Assembly: GCA_037440465.1 (NCBI GenBank)
Contig: JBBIUB010000001.1
Location: forward strand, 96,001 to 160,000
Length of the DNA stretch: 64,000 bases
From: Coprothermobacterota bacterium
GTDB lineage: Bacteria > Coprothermobacterota > HKB111
Reading direction: 5' to 3'
In this document: in pieces, positions 1-8,346 of the stretch
Position numbering within the stretch: position 1 is the stretch's first letter
Layout: each line of letters begins with the position of its first letter
Position numbers and translations under genes: made by a program
The notes under the pieces: generated by a model
Database searches by the model: none
What the model was told of the DNA's origin: nothing
Seen by the model: the letters and a program-made list of their open reading frames with translations, nothing else

Positions 1-980
1 TGTATTAGGGAAGCGAGACGCATTTCCATGAATACATCCAGATTATTATTACAGGGAGCACCGTCAGCACCTAACGAAACATCAATACCCATTTCCAACA
101 TTTTTGGGATTGGTGCTATACCTGATGCCAGTTTAAGGTTAGAAGAGGGACAGTGGAGTACTTTTGTTCCAGTATTCTTGAGCGTTTCCAGCTCTTTTTC
201 GGTTACATGTACACAGTGAGCTAAAAGAAGATTTTCTCCAGTTAGTCCTAACGAATCGAGGTATTCAATATTATCCTTTCCAAATCTTTCTTTTACAAGT
301 CTCACTTCTTCTCTGTTTTCTGAAGCGTGAGTGTGAAGTAAGAGGTTATTTTTTTGAGCTAATTCTTTAGCACTAATAAGGAGTTCTTCAGTAGAAGATA
401 TAACAAACCGAGGTGTAACTGCATAACGAATCCTACCTCCATCTTTAAGATGAAATGTTTTTATGAGTTCTTCAGTTTCCCTGAGAGTATTTGAAGTTCT
501 TTCTTTTAACAGATCAGGACTATCAGATCCAAAATCCATCATTACTTTCCCACAAGTGGCCCTTATTCCTGTCTCAAGTAGAACATCAAAAACCACTTCG
601 CTATGGTGAACAGTAGCCATATCTAATATACAGGTGGTTCCACCTCTAATGAGTTCTGCCACTCCCAGTAATGCTGAAATCCTTATAGTTTCTTTATCAA
701 GAGAAGTTTCAAAAGGTAAGATTCTTTTTTTTAACCAGTCTAAAAGCTCCAGGTCATTTGCTTGATTGCGAAAAAGTGTCTGAATTAAGTGAATGTGAGT
801 CTGTATCAACCCTGGAATTACCCATTTACCTTCTGCATCTATTACCAGGTTAGCTGTGTTCCGGGAACTTTCAAGCTCTTTTATAATGTTCCCTTCTACA
901 TAAATATCGCCTTTGAACACCCTTCTTCGGGGGTCCATAGTAATTAATAGTCCATTTTTTACCAGAATGGATGAGTTCAT
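1..980 (-). CDS. Metal-dependent amidohydrolase, MTA/SAH or 5'-deoxyadenosine deaminase / SsnA-like (runs off window start)
   Basis: Not in ORF track. Manual translation from ATG at 980 (overlaps upstream TGA): MNSSILVKNG...PGLIQTHIHL...GGTT...HTHASE...AHCVH...HCPSSN...GADGAPCNN. Confidence 0.88.
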   Translation of the reverse strand, partial: MNSSILVKNGLLITMDPRRRVFKGDIYVEGNIIKELESSRNTANLVIDAEGKWVIPGLIQTHIHLIQTLFRNQANDLELLDWLKKRILPFETSLDKETIRISALLGVAELIRGGTTCILDMATVHHSEVVFDVLLETGIRATCGKVMMDFGSDSPDLLKERTSNTLRETEELIKTFHLKDGGRIRYAVTPRFVISSTEELLISAKELAQKNNLLLHTHASENREEVRLVKERFGKDNIEYLDSLGLTGENLLLAHCVHVTEKELETLKNTGTKVLHCPSSNLKLASGIAPIPKMLEMGIDVSLGADGAPCNNNLDVFMEMRLASLI

Positions 981-1990
981 AAACGTCCATTTCCCATTAT
1001 CAGAGCCATCAATGCTTTCTGAATGTGGAGCCTGTTTTCTGCCTCATCTTTAACTACTGAATGTGGTCCATCAATGACCTCATTAGTGACCTCAAATCCC
1101 CTGTCAGCAGGAAGGGGGTGCATATATAGAGCGTGTTTTTTAGTTAGGCTCATCATCTGAAAGTCGCATCTCCAGGAAGGATATTTCTTAATAAGTTCTA
1201 TTCCTTCTTTTTGATCCTGTGTGTATACTAAAGGACCCCAGGACTTAGGAATAACTACATCAGCATCCTTGAAAGCCTCATCCATACCTTGAGGATCGCT
1301 GACTATTTTGAGGTTTCCCCCACCATCCTGTGCCCTTTGTTGTGCCAGCTCTACAATCTCTTTTTGAAGATTAAACTCGGGAGGATGAGCTAAAACCACA
1401 TCTATACCATAACGGGGCATAAGAGTAATCAAACTCTGAGGGACAGAGATAGGTCTAACATAATTAGGGGCATGGGTCCATGATACGCCAAGCTTTAAAC
1501 CTTTTAGATTGCGGGTGGAGAATTTTTCCATCATAGTCAATAAATCTCCCATTATCTGAGGAGGATGATAAACATCATCCTGCATGTTGATAACAGGAAT
1601 AGAAGCGTACTTTTCAACTTCCCTGAGGTATTTATGTCCTTCATTATAAGTACAATATCTTATAGATATCCCATGACCATAACGACTCAAAACCTCTGCT
1701 GTATCTTTTGGACCCTCTCCATGAGAAATCTGCAAGGCAGAAGGGCTCAAAAAATGGGCATGACCACCAAGCTGGGTCATACCAGCCTCAAAAGAGTTTC
1801 TTGTTCTGGTAGAAGAGTCAAAAAATATCATAAATAGGGTTTTATTCTTAAGTATCTCGTGGGGGAAACCAAGACCAAAAAGCATTTTAAGGTAAAAAGC
1901 TACCTCTATTATGGTATCCAGCTCTTCTCTATTCCAATCTTCATGTGTTATAAAATGTCTTCCTCTTAAGTCAGTTCGCAAAACAGTCAC
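977..1990 (-). CDS. YgeW-like (knotted) carbamoyltransferase
   Basis: STRTR, HPPQ and HPLPADR motifs. SWTHAPNYVRPISVPQS and PKSWG resemble YgeW rather than true OTC. Real start may be TTG at 1981, since GGAG abuts the GTG. Confidence 0.82.
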   Translation of the reverse strand: MTVLRTDLRGRHFITHEDWNREELDTIIEVAFYLKMLFGLGFPHEILKNKTLFMIFFDSSTRTRNSFEAGMTQLGGHAHFLSPSALQISHGEGPKDTAEVLSRYGHGISIRYCTYNEGHKYLREVEKYASIPVINMQDDVYHPPQIMGDLLTMMEKFSTRNLKGLKLGVSWTHAPNYVRPISVPQSLITLMPRYGIDVVLAHPPEFNLQKEIVELAQQRAQDGGGNLKIVSDPQGMDEAFKDADVVIPKSWGPLVYTQDQKEGIELIKKYPSWRCDFQMMSLTKKHALYMHPLPADRGFEVTNEVIDGPHSVVKDEAENRLHIQKALMALIMGNGRL

Positions 1991-2020
1991 CTCCTTATAA
2001 TAAATCTAAAATTTTCACTG

Positions 2021-2051
2021 GAATCCTTGACCCCTTGAATCCTTGACTCCT
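2021..2051. repeat. Short tandem repeat (about 4 x 8-mer, GAATCCTT/GACCCCTT)
   Basis: gaatccttgaccccttgaatccttgactcct in the intergenic gap. Confidence 0.7.
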
Positions 2052-2068
2052 ATGTTTATTTAAATATG

Positions 2069-3271
2069 TTACCCATTTCTTTGGCTGAAAACATGTGGAA
2101 ATAGAGCATAAAACTCTGTAGCCTTTAAAAGATGGTCAACAGGAACCTGATCATTGCTGGTATGAGCATACTCTTCCTCACCAGGTCCATACCCTATAGT
2201 TGGAATGCCTGCTTTACCCATCCAGTATACTCCGTTGGTACTGAAATTCCACCTACCCAACGTAGCTTTCTCGCTCGTTAATAAATAATGTGTTTCCTGA
2301 GCTACTTTGACAAAGGGAGACATTTCAGGAAGAGCCCAGGAAGGAAAATAGTGTTCTAATTTAAGGTTCATGCCGGTATAAGCCTTAAAAACAGACTCTA
2401 TAACTTCTATCTTTCCTCCATAAGGCTGAATAGCTTCCTCAATCTCTTTTTTTACTCTTTCCAGAGTCTCACCCGCTGTCAACCTTCTATCAATAAAAAG
2501 AGTAGCTTTTGCAGGTACAGCGTTAATAGATGAAGTATCTACCTTCAAGTCTGAAACAACGAGGCTACCCTTCCCAAGAAAATGGTCTTCCAGAAAATTT
2601 TTATTCAACTCTTCCAATTCTAATAGAGCCTTTGAAGATTTAATAAGTGCGTTTTCCCCTAAATGAGGCATGGAAGCATGAGCAGAACGACCGGTAAAAG
2701 ATATGGAAAATTCAACTCTACCTCTATGACCACGATAAATTCTAAGTCCTGTAGGTTCACCAATAACAACACCCTCTGGTCTCATGCCTTTATTTTCTAC
2801 AAGCACCTGGCTGGCTAAACCGTCGCATATTTCTTCAGCATTACCTTGAAGGTAAAGAGTAAATTCGGAAGGAAGAAGATTTAGCTCTCTGGCAATTACC
2901 ATACCAAAAAACATAGAGGCAAAACCACCTTTTTCATCACCTGCCCCCAATCCATAAATTACTCCATCTTCTTCGTAAGCATTAAAAGGGTCTCCCTTCC
3001 AGGAATTAATATCTCCAACGCCTACTGTATCTAAATGAGCATCGTAAACCATGGCTCGGGGCCCTTCACCTATTCTAATAAGAGCATTACCCATAGGGTC
3101 TCTTTCAAAATCCAGTCCCCATTGGATCGCCTGGTTTTCAACAAAGGTTACTATATCTTTAATGTCTCCACAAATGCTTTTAATACCAATTAAATCCCTT
3201 AATAAATTTTTTATCTCATTCTTTTTTTTAAAACCAACTTCCTTAATCTTATTTATCAACTCTTCTTTCAT
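2069..3271 (-). CDS. YgeY-family M20 metallo-hydrolase
   Basis: DAHLDTVG, DEKGG, EEICDG, EPTGLRIYRGHRGR, FSTNGV, GPGEEEYAH. Confidence 0.85.
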   Translation of the reverse strand: MKEELINKIKEVGFKKKNEIKNLLRDLIGIKSICGDIKDIVTFVENQAIQWGLDFERDPMGNALIRIGEGPRAMVYDAHLDTVGVGDINSWKGDPFNAYEEDGVIYGLGAGDEKGGFASMFFGMVIARELNLLPSEFTLYLQGNAEEICDGLASQVLVENKGMRPEGVVIGEPTGLRIYRGHRGRVEFSISFTGRSAHASMPHLGENALIKSSKALLELEELNKNFLEDHFLGKGSLVVSDLKVDTSSINAVPAKATLFIDRRLTAGETLERVKKEIEEAIQPYGGKIEVIESVFKAYTGMNLKLEHYFPSWALPEMSPFVKVAQETHYLLTSEKATLGRWNFSTNGVYWMGKAGIPTIGYGPGEEEYAHTSNDQVPVDHLLKATEFYALFPHVFSQRNG

Positions 3272-4291
3272 CTATTCAATAACCTCTATTTTTTCAAGTA
3301 TAGCAATTTGTTCTTCAGTAAGCCCTGTTTGATGTTCCCTTTCTGGAATCTCTACTACCTTTTCTTCTCCTAATAGTGCTGTAGAAAGGTACCGAAAGCC
3401 ATGATCATTAAACATGGTTATCACTCTTTTAAATTTAGGATGTTTCTTCTTGAGCTTCAAAGCCCCAACCACGTTAGCTCCAGTAGATATTCCAACAAAA
3501 AGACCTTCTTCTCTGGACATTCTGTTAGCCATATCAATAGCTTCCTGGGATGAAACAAGAACCACACCGTCAAGAAGGGTAATATCAAAAATAGAAGGTA
3601 CAAAACCATCACCTATTCCTTCTATCTTATGGTAACCCCAACCCCTCCCAGCTAAAATAGCGCACTCTTTAGGTTCTATGGCAAATATTCTAATTGAGGG
3701 GTTCTTCTCTTTCAAAAACTTGGCAACACCTGTAATTGTCCCTGCACTACCTTGCGTTGCTATAAAGGCATCAATAGTTCCACCTGTCTGTTCCCATATT
3801 TCGGGACCAGTTGTCATATAGTGAGCCTCTACATTTAAAGGATTATTAAACTGATTTACCCAAAAATATTTGCCCGGTTCCACTTCTAATAATTCCTGAA
3901 CTTTCTTAAGAGTAAGATCTACATCAGATTCTGCTCCTGGTGTAAACATTATTTCTGCTCCAAAGGCTCGGATAGCTTTCTTCCTTTCTTCACTCATACC
4001 ATCGGGCATTATTATCAAAACTGGATGACCCAAAAAAGCTCCCATCATAGCTGTAGCAATTCCCGTATTGCCTGTAGTAGCTTCAAGAATAGTTATTCCA
4101 GGTTTTAGCTTTCCTTCCTTTATTGCTGAGGTTAGAATGTGGAGAAGGATTCTGTCCTTCAGGCTACCTGAAGGATTTAGAAATTCACACTTCCCAAGAA
4201 TCTCCAATTCCTCCTTAACTCCAATCCTGGTAAGTTTTAAAAGAGGAGTTTTACCAATAAGCTGAGTTAGGTTCTCTTTATACTTTGACAT
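3272..4291 (-). CDS. Cysteine synthase-family (fold type II) PLP enzyme
   Basis: IGKTPL, NPSGSLKDR (PLP Lys), EATTGNTG, NQFNN, HKIEGIG, EEGLFVGISTGA. Confidence 0.85.
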   Translation of the reverse strand: MSKYKENLTQLIGKTPLLKLTRIGVKEELEILGKCEFLNPSGSLKDRILLHILTSAIKEGKLKPGITILEATTGNTGIATAMMGAFLGHPVLIIMPDGMSEERKKAIRAFGAEIMFTPGAESDVDLTLKKVQELLEVEPGKYFWVNQFNNPLNVEAHYMTTGPEIWEQTGGTIDAFIATQGSAGTITGVAKFLKEKNPSIRIFAIEPKECAILAGRGWGYHKIEGIGDGFVPSIFDITLLDGVVLVSSQEAIDMANRMSREEGLFVGISTGANVVGALKLKKKHPKFKRVITMFNDHGFRYLSTALLGEEKVVEIPEREHQTGLTEEQIAILEKIEVIE

Positions 4292-4324
4292 TAAAATTAC
4301 CTCCAGATATTTTTATAAACCTCC

Positions 4325-5521
4325 TCATATCCGAGGAAAGGGCTTGCTTAAAGCATGAGTTGGGCAGAGAGAATAGCAGAGTCCGCAGCCCACGCAACAG
4401 TCTTCATCAAGAAAAAGATAGCTTCTACCGTTTTCCTCTTTGATACTCAAGGCTTCACTCACGCAGGTTTTTACACAGAGTCCACAGGTTTTACACTTTT
4501 CTTCATCAACTACAGTTGCTACCCGTTCCACCACTTCATCTTGACCATCCTTCAGGGAGCGAAGGTAAAGACCCTGGATATCCTTCACAGAAGTGAAATC
4601 ATGCTCTTCTAACCACTCCTCTAACTCCCTTACCACTCTGCCGAAGATAGAAGGTCCCTCTAGTATGGCACCAGTACATATCTGAACCATAGAAGCTCCT
4701 GCCATTAAAAATTCCACTACATCACTCCCCGATAAAACACCGCCTACTCCAATAACTGGCCTTTTTGTAGAACGAGCAATGTCAAAAACAATCCTCAGAG
4801 CTAATGGTTTAATAGGTGCTCCTGATATCCAGCCAAAGCCATACTTGCTTCCCAGTACAGGTTCAACCTTATCAATATCAAAAGTTAACGTAGGACCTAA
4901 GGAATTGATAGCCACAAAACCATCTACATAAGGTTCTAAGGCTTGTACTAACTCAATAACATCAGGGACATTTGGAGAAATCTTGGGAAATATTGGGATA
5001 GATACAGCATTTCTAAGGGATTTAGCTGTATCTACCAAAGGTTCCAGACTTTTACCCAGGTAATGCAGGGAAAACTCAATAGCTGAAACCCCCTTTTTCT
5101 CCACTAAAGGACCTATCTCCCTAACTTGAGCTGGAGAATATCCTATGCTGGCAATCACTGGAAGATTAGAGCTAAGGGCTATATCATACTCCTTATTAAG
5201 CCAGTCTTCTAAAGGTTTTTCAGACCAGAGTTCAGTATTTAGAAGAGCCTGGCTTAATTTGATCTTAACCCTCGAGGCTTTAACTAACTTACCTTGAATT
5301 ACCGTAGATATCTCATGAAGCAATTCCCCTCTTTGTGGAACCATCATATTAGGTTTAGGTACTTTAGCAGGGTTGGTTGATACAGTCTTGGTAACCAAAC
5401 CACCTGCACCACCTTTAGCCATCTTTAAAAGGGTATCACCGTCACGGGAAGGAGTGCCTGCTGCCACCAGAATCGGGTTCGGGAATCTGATTCCACAAAG
5501 ATCTACCCTAAGATCCACCAT
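4325..5521 (-). CDS. DHOD/dihydropyrimidine dehydrogenase (PreA)-like FMN oxidoreductase with C-terminal 2x[4Fe-4S] domain
   Basis: NPILVAAG, LVTKT, NTELWSE, KISPN, AINS, ISG, GVGGV; CKTCGLCVKTC and CVGCGLCYSLCP. Confidence 0.8.
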   Translation of the reverse strand: MVDLRVDLCGIRFPNPILVAAGTPSRDGDTLLKMAKGGAGGLVTKTVSTNPAKVPKPNMMVPQRGELLHEISTVIQGKLVKASRVKIKLSQALLNTELWSEKPLEDWLNKEYDIALSSNLPVIASIGYSPAQVREIGPLVEKKGVSAIEFSLHYLGKSLEPLVDTAKSLRNAVSIPIFPKISPNVPDVIELVQALEPYVDGFVAINSLGPTLTFDIDKVEPVLGSKYGFGWISGAPIKPLALRIVFDIARSTKRPVIGVGGVLSGSDVVEFLMAGASMVQICTGAILEGPSIFGRVVRELEEWLEEHDFTSVKDIQGLYLRSLKDGQDEVVERVATVVDEEKCKTCGLCVKTCVSEALSIKEENGRSYLFLDEDCCVGCGLCYSLCPTHALSKPFPRI

Positions 5522-7451
5522 CCTTCCTCCTTATAACCCTACCATAACTTTCCAGCTCCAGAGCTACATCTTCCAAGCCAGCTTCAGCCAGGGTTTCGTA
5601 ATAAAAATTACTCGTCTCAGAATCATATTTCCTGACTTCATAATATTCCTTAAGCATTGGTTCCAGTTTACATACCTGCCCTTTAGCTGGGCCAGAGGGC
5701 ATTGGTTCTTCGGTAAAACGAGGGTGTAAGGTATCTTTTGAAAGTCCAGCTCTCATATTAAAGGCTCTTCTAAGGTGAGCGATTCTTCTTGCTAACTTTC
5801 TTACTTCCTCAACATCTAAGTATTTTCTAAGACCTGTTGAGTAAGCAATAACTTTAGAGAACTCTGGAAAATAATAAATGGGAGGCCACATAACCCCGTA
5901 CTTACAGAGAATAAGAGAATCACAGATAGCAAAGGCTTCCTCCTGGTCAGCTACCATGTATCCTTTATAAGTTTCATCCAGTAGATTACAGCAGATATCA
6001 GGATCAAGATGAGGAAACCGCTCTAAGGATTTGTTTCTGAAGCCCAGTTCATCAATGATACTCAAGCTTCTAAGGTGATCTGCCCCCCTTACATTGATTG
6101 CATAAGTAAGTCCAACAGATTTATGAGCTCTTGGATCTTGAGCAGAGGCGTCCATACCATTTACTTCTATAGCATACCTTTCCGCTCCTTTTCCAATCTT
6201 CTTTGAAGCAAGATAAACCCCTTCAGCCAGTACATCACCAATTCCTTCTCTTCTTACTATCATCTCAAGAAGTTTAAGAGCTACATCTCCGTCTCCCCAT
6301 TTAATCTCTAAACCATCTGTATCTTCTTTTGTCAGGATGCCTTTCTCAAAAAGCTCCATAGCAAAAGCTACCATAGAACCAGTAGAGATAGTATCAACCC
6401 CATAAGCATTAGCAAGATAATTAGCCCTAACAGGTATGTCCAGGTCAGAAACCATGATATTAGGACCCCAGGCATCTACTGTCTCATATTCTGGTCCTTC
6501 AGACTTCGTGCCAGAATACTTTCCTTCTTTTATCAAGGAGAAGTACTTACATTGAATGCCACAACCAAAACATGATTTATGGGCTATACGATAACCTTTC
6601 CTTATAGCTTCTCCACCTACCTTCTCAATTTCCGGGTAAAATCCATCGTAATGATTTTTAACTGGAAGTCGACCAATGGTATTCATGGCATCCATAAGAC
6701 CGGTAGTACCATATTTTCTGGAAGTATGTTTAATGTAGTTGGACCATTCTCCATATTTATGTTCTTTAAACATTTGGGTTGAAAAATCCATAAATTCTTG
6801 AGAATGTTTGACTCTTACAGGAAGGCTACCTCTTACTGCAATTGCTTTAAGATTCTTTGAGCCCAGAACAGCACCTATGCCTGTTCGTCCTGCAGCTCGA
6901 TAGTAATCAGACATTACTGCAGAAAAACGAACCAGTTTTTCACCTGCAGGACCAATGGTAAGAACTCTGATATCTGGATCATTATGTTCTTTTTCCAGCA
7001 TAGCAGTAGTATCAAAGGTTGTTTTTCCCCATAAATGGGAAGCGTTTCTTATTTCTACTCTTTCATCTTCTATAAAAAGATATACTGGAGAATCTGATTT
7101 ACCAGTAATAACAATTAAATCATAGCCAGCATACTTAAGCTCAGGACCAAAAAAACCACCTGCATGAGCTTCTCCCCAGCGAAGCGTTTGAGGAGATAAA
7201 GACGCTACCATATATCTACCCGAAGGCGGAAAGAGAGTTCCAGTTATTGGACCCACTGCCAAAACAAAGACATTCTCAGGAGATAATGGGTTTATACCTT
7301 GCTTTATATTATCCCAGAGAACTTTAGCAGCAAAACCGTCTCCACCAAGATAATCTTTAGCCCAAGAAATAGGTAATTCTCTTTTTTCTACTTTCCCTGA
7401 AGATAGGTCTACGAAGATATACTTACCCTGATAACCTCCAAGAGGATACAT
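5508..7451 (-). CDS. Tungsten aldehyde:ferredoxin oxidoreductase (AOR/WOR) family, large subunit 2
   Basis: YLGG, GPELKYAGYD, IGPAGE, AAGRTG.GAV.GSK, CFGCGIQC, GPEYET, DTIS, RGADH. Confidence 0.92.
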   Translation of the reverse strand: MYPLGGYQGKYIFVDLSSGKVEKRELPISWAKDYLGGDGFAAKVLWDNIKQGINPLSPENVFVLAVGPITGTLFPPSGRYMVASLSPQTLRWGEAHAGGFFGPELKYAGYDLIVITGKSDSPVYLFIEDERVEIRNASHLWGKTTFDTTAMLEKEHNDPDIRVLTIGPAGEKLVRFSAVMSDYYRAAGRTGIGAVLGSKNLKAIAVRGSLPVRVKHSQEFMDFSTQMFKEHKYGEWSNYIKHTSRKYGTTGLMDAMNTIGRLPVKNHYDGFYPEIEKVGGEAIRKGYRIAHKSCFGCGIQCKYFSLIKEGKYSGTKSEGPEYETVDAWGPNIMVSDLDIPVRANYLANAYGVDTISTGSMVAFAMELFEKGILTKEDTDGLEIKWGDGDVALKLLEMIVRREGIGDVLAEGVYLASKKIGKGAERYAIEVNGMDASAQDPRAHKSVGLTYAINVRGADHLRSLSIIDELGFRNKSLERFPHLDPDICCNLLDETYKGYMVADQEEAFAICDSLILCKYGVMWPPIYYFPEFSKVIAYSTGLRKYLDVEEVRKLARRIAHLRRAFNMRAGLSKDTLHPRFTEEPMPSGPAKGQVCKLEPMLKEYYEVRKYDSETSNFYYETLAEAGLEDVALELESYGRVIRRKDGGS

Positions 7452-7453
7452 TG

Positions 7454-7942
7454 CTAACCTTCCTTCTGTATAAGAGAAATATATTTCAACATCTTTTCTG
7501 CTCCCAGCCTCTTTTTTCTTAAGCCAACTTTATCTGCTGCGGCATATTCAATAGCCTCAACAGGACAAAACTCTACACATTTAGGGGTTCCACCACATAA
7601 ATCACATTTCATGGCAACTTTCTTTAAAGAATGAACCGAAGCACCCCCAAAAGGGCAAACCATAATACAGGTATAACATCCAATACACTTCTTTTCATTT
7701 AAAAGTACAACTCTCAACTGACTATCCCTATAAAGAGCCCGAGAGGGGCAAGACTCCAGGCACAAAGCAGTTTCACATTGCTGGCAAGTTATAGGTATGT
7801 CTATACCATCTCTCTTAAAACTGACCACCGAAATCCGGGAAAGCCTTGGATTAAAGACACCTTCGTGCTCAAAAGAGCATGCCAGTTCACAGATACGACA
7901 ACCGGTACATTTATCAAGATCTACTATAAGTAATTTATCCAT
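7454..7942 (-). CDS. 4x[4Fe-4S] ferredoxin-like subunit (WorS/CooF-type)
   Basis: CTGCRICELAC, CQQC....CLESCP, CIGCYTCIMVCP, CDLC.....CVEFCP. Confidence 0.9.
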   Translation of the reverse strand: MDKLLIVDLDKCTGCRICELACSFEHEGVFNPRLSRISVVSFKRDGIDIPITCQQCETALCLESCPSRALYRDSQLRVVLLNEKKCIGCYTCIMVCPFGGASVHSLKKVAMKCDLCGGTPKCVEFCPVEAIEYAAADKVGLRKKRLGAEKMLKYISLIQKEG

Positions 7943-8170
7943 TTAACCTCCACCTATAGACCAGAGAATTTTAACCTGGTCTCCGTTCTTTAATGGTGTT
8001 TCCATGCTCTTGAAACTTTCATTTACCAGGATTAGGAAAGGGGCAAAAGAAGGAAGTTCTAAATGAGTTATTAGATCTGAAACAGTTGAGTCTTCTAACA
8101 ACCCTATTACTTCTTCCCTACCCTGGTAAAATTCCCGTAATGGTCCAAAAACGCTTACTTTAATCTTCAT
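7943..8170 (-). CDS. moaD: MoaD/ThiS sulfur carrier
   Basis: 75 aa, ILVNE, C-terminal GG, located between AOR genes. Confidence 0.8.
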   Translation of the reverse strand: MKIKVSVFGPLREFYQGREEVIGLLEDSTVSDLITHLELPSFAPFLILVNESFKSMETPLKNGDQVKILWSIGGG

Positions 8171-8218
8171 AATAATTGTTTTTCTCCCACTTTGCTGCTA
8201 ATTAAGGTTGGAAGATTC

Positions 8219-8345
8219 CGTGACATGTAATGTGTGACATGTAATAAGTAATATGAAATCTGTGAAATGTAAATTATAATTATCTCTCATCGCTTGTCTC
8301 CTTTAATCTATAATCTGTTAATTATTACTCGTTACTCATCACCCA
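8219..8345. repeat. Degenerate 7-mer repeat tract
   Basis: GTGACATGTAAT x2, then TAAGTAA/TGTGAAA; 3' part ATTACTCGTTACTCATCAC shared with 43864-43967. Confidence 0.55.
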
Positions 8346-8346
8346 C

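Noticed and set aside
4325..5521. Biosynthetic pyrD
   Set aside because: No catalytic Cys motif, an extra ferredoxin domain and no pyr genes nearby.
8219..8345. CRISPR array in the repeat-rich spacers (also 43864-43967)
   Set aside because: Units are 7-8 nt with no repeat-spacer periodicity, and there are no cas genes.
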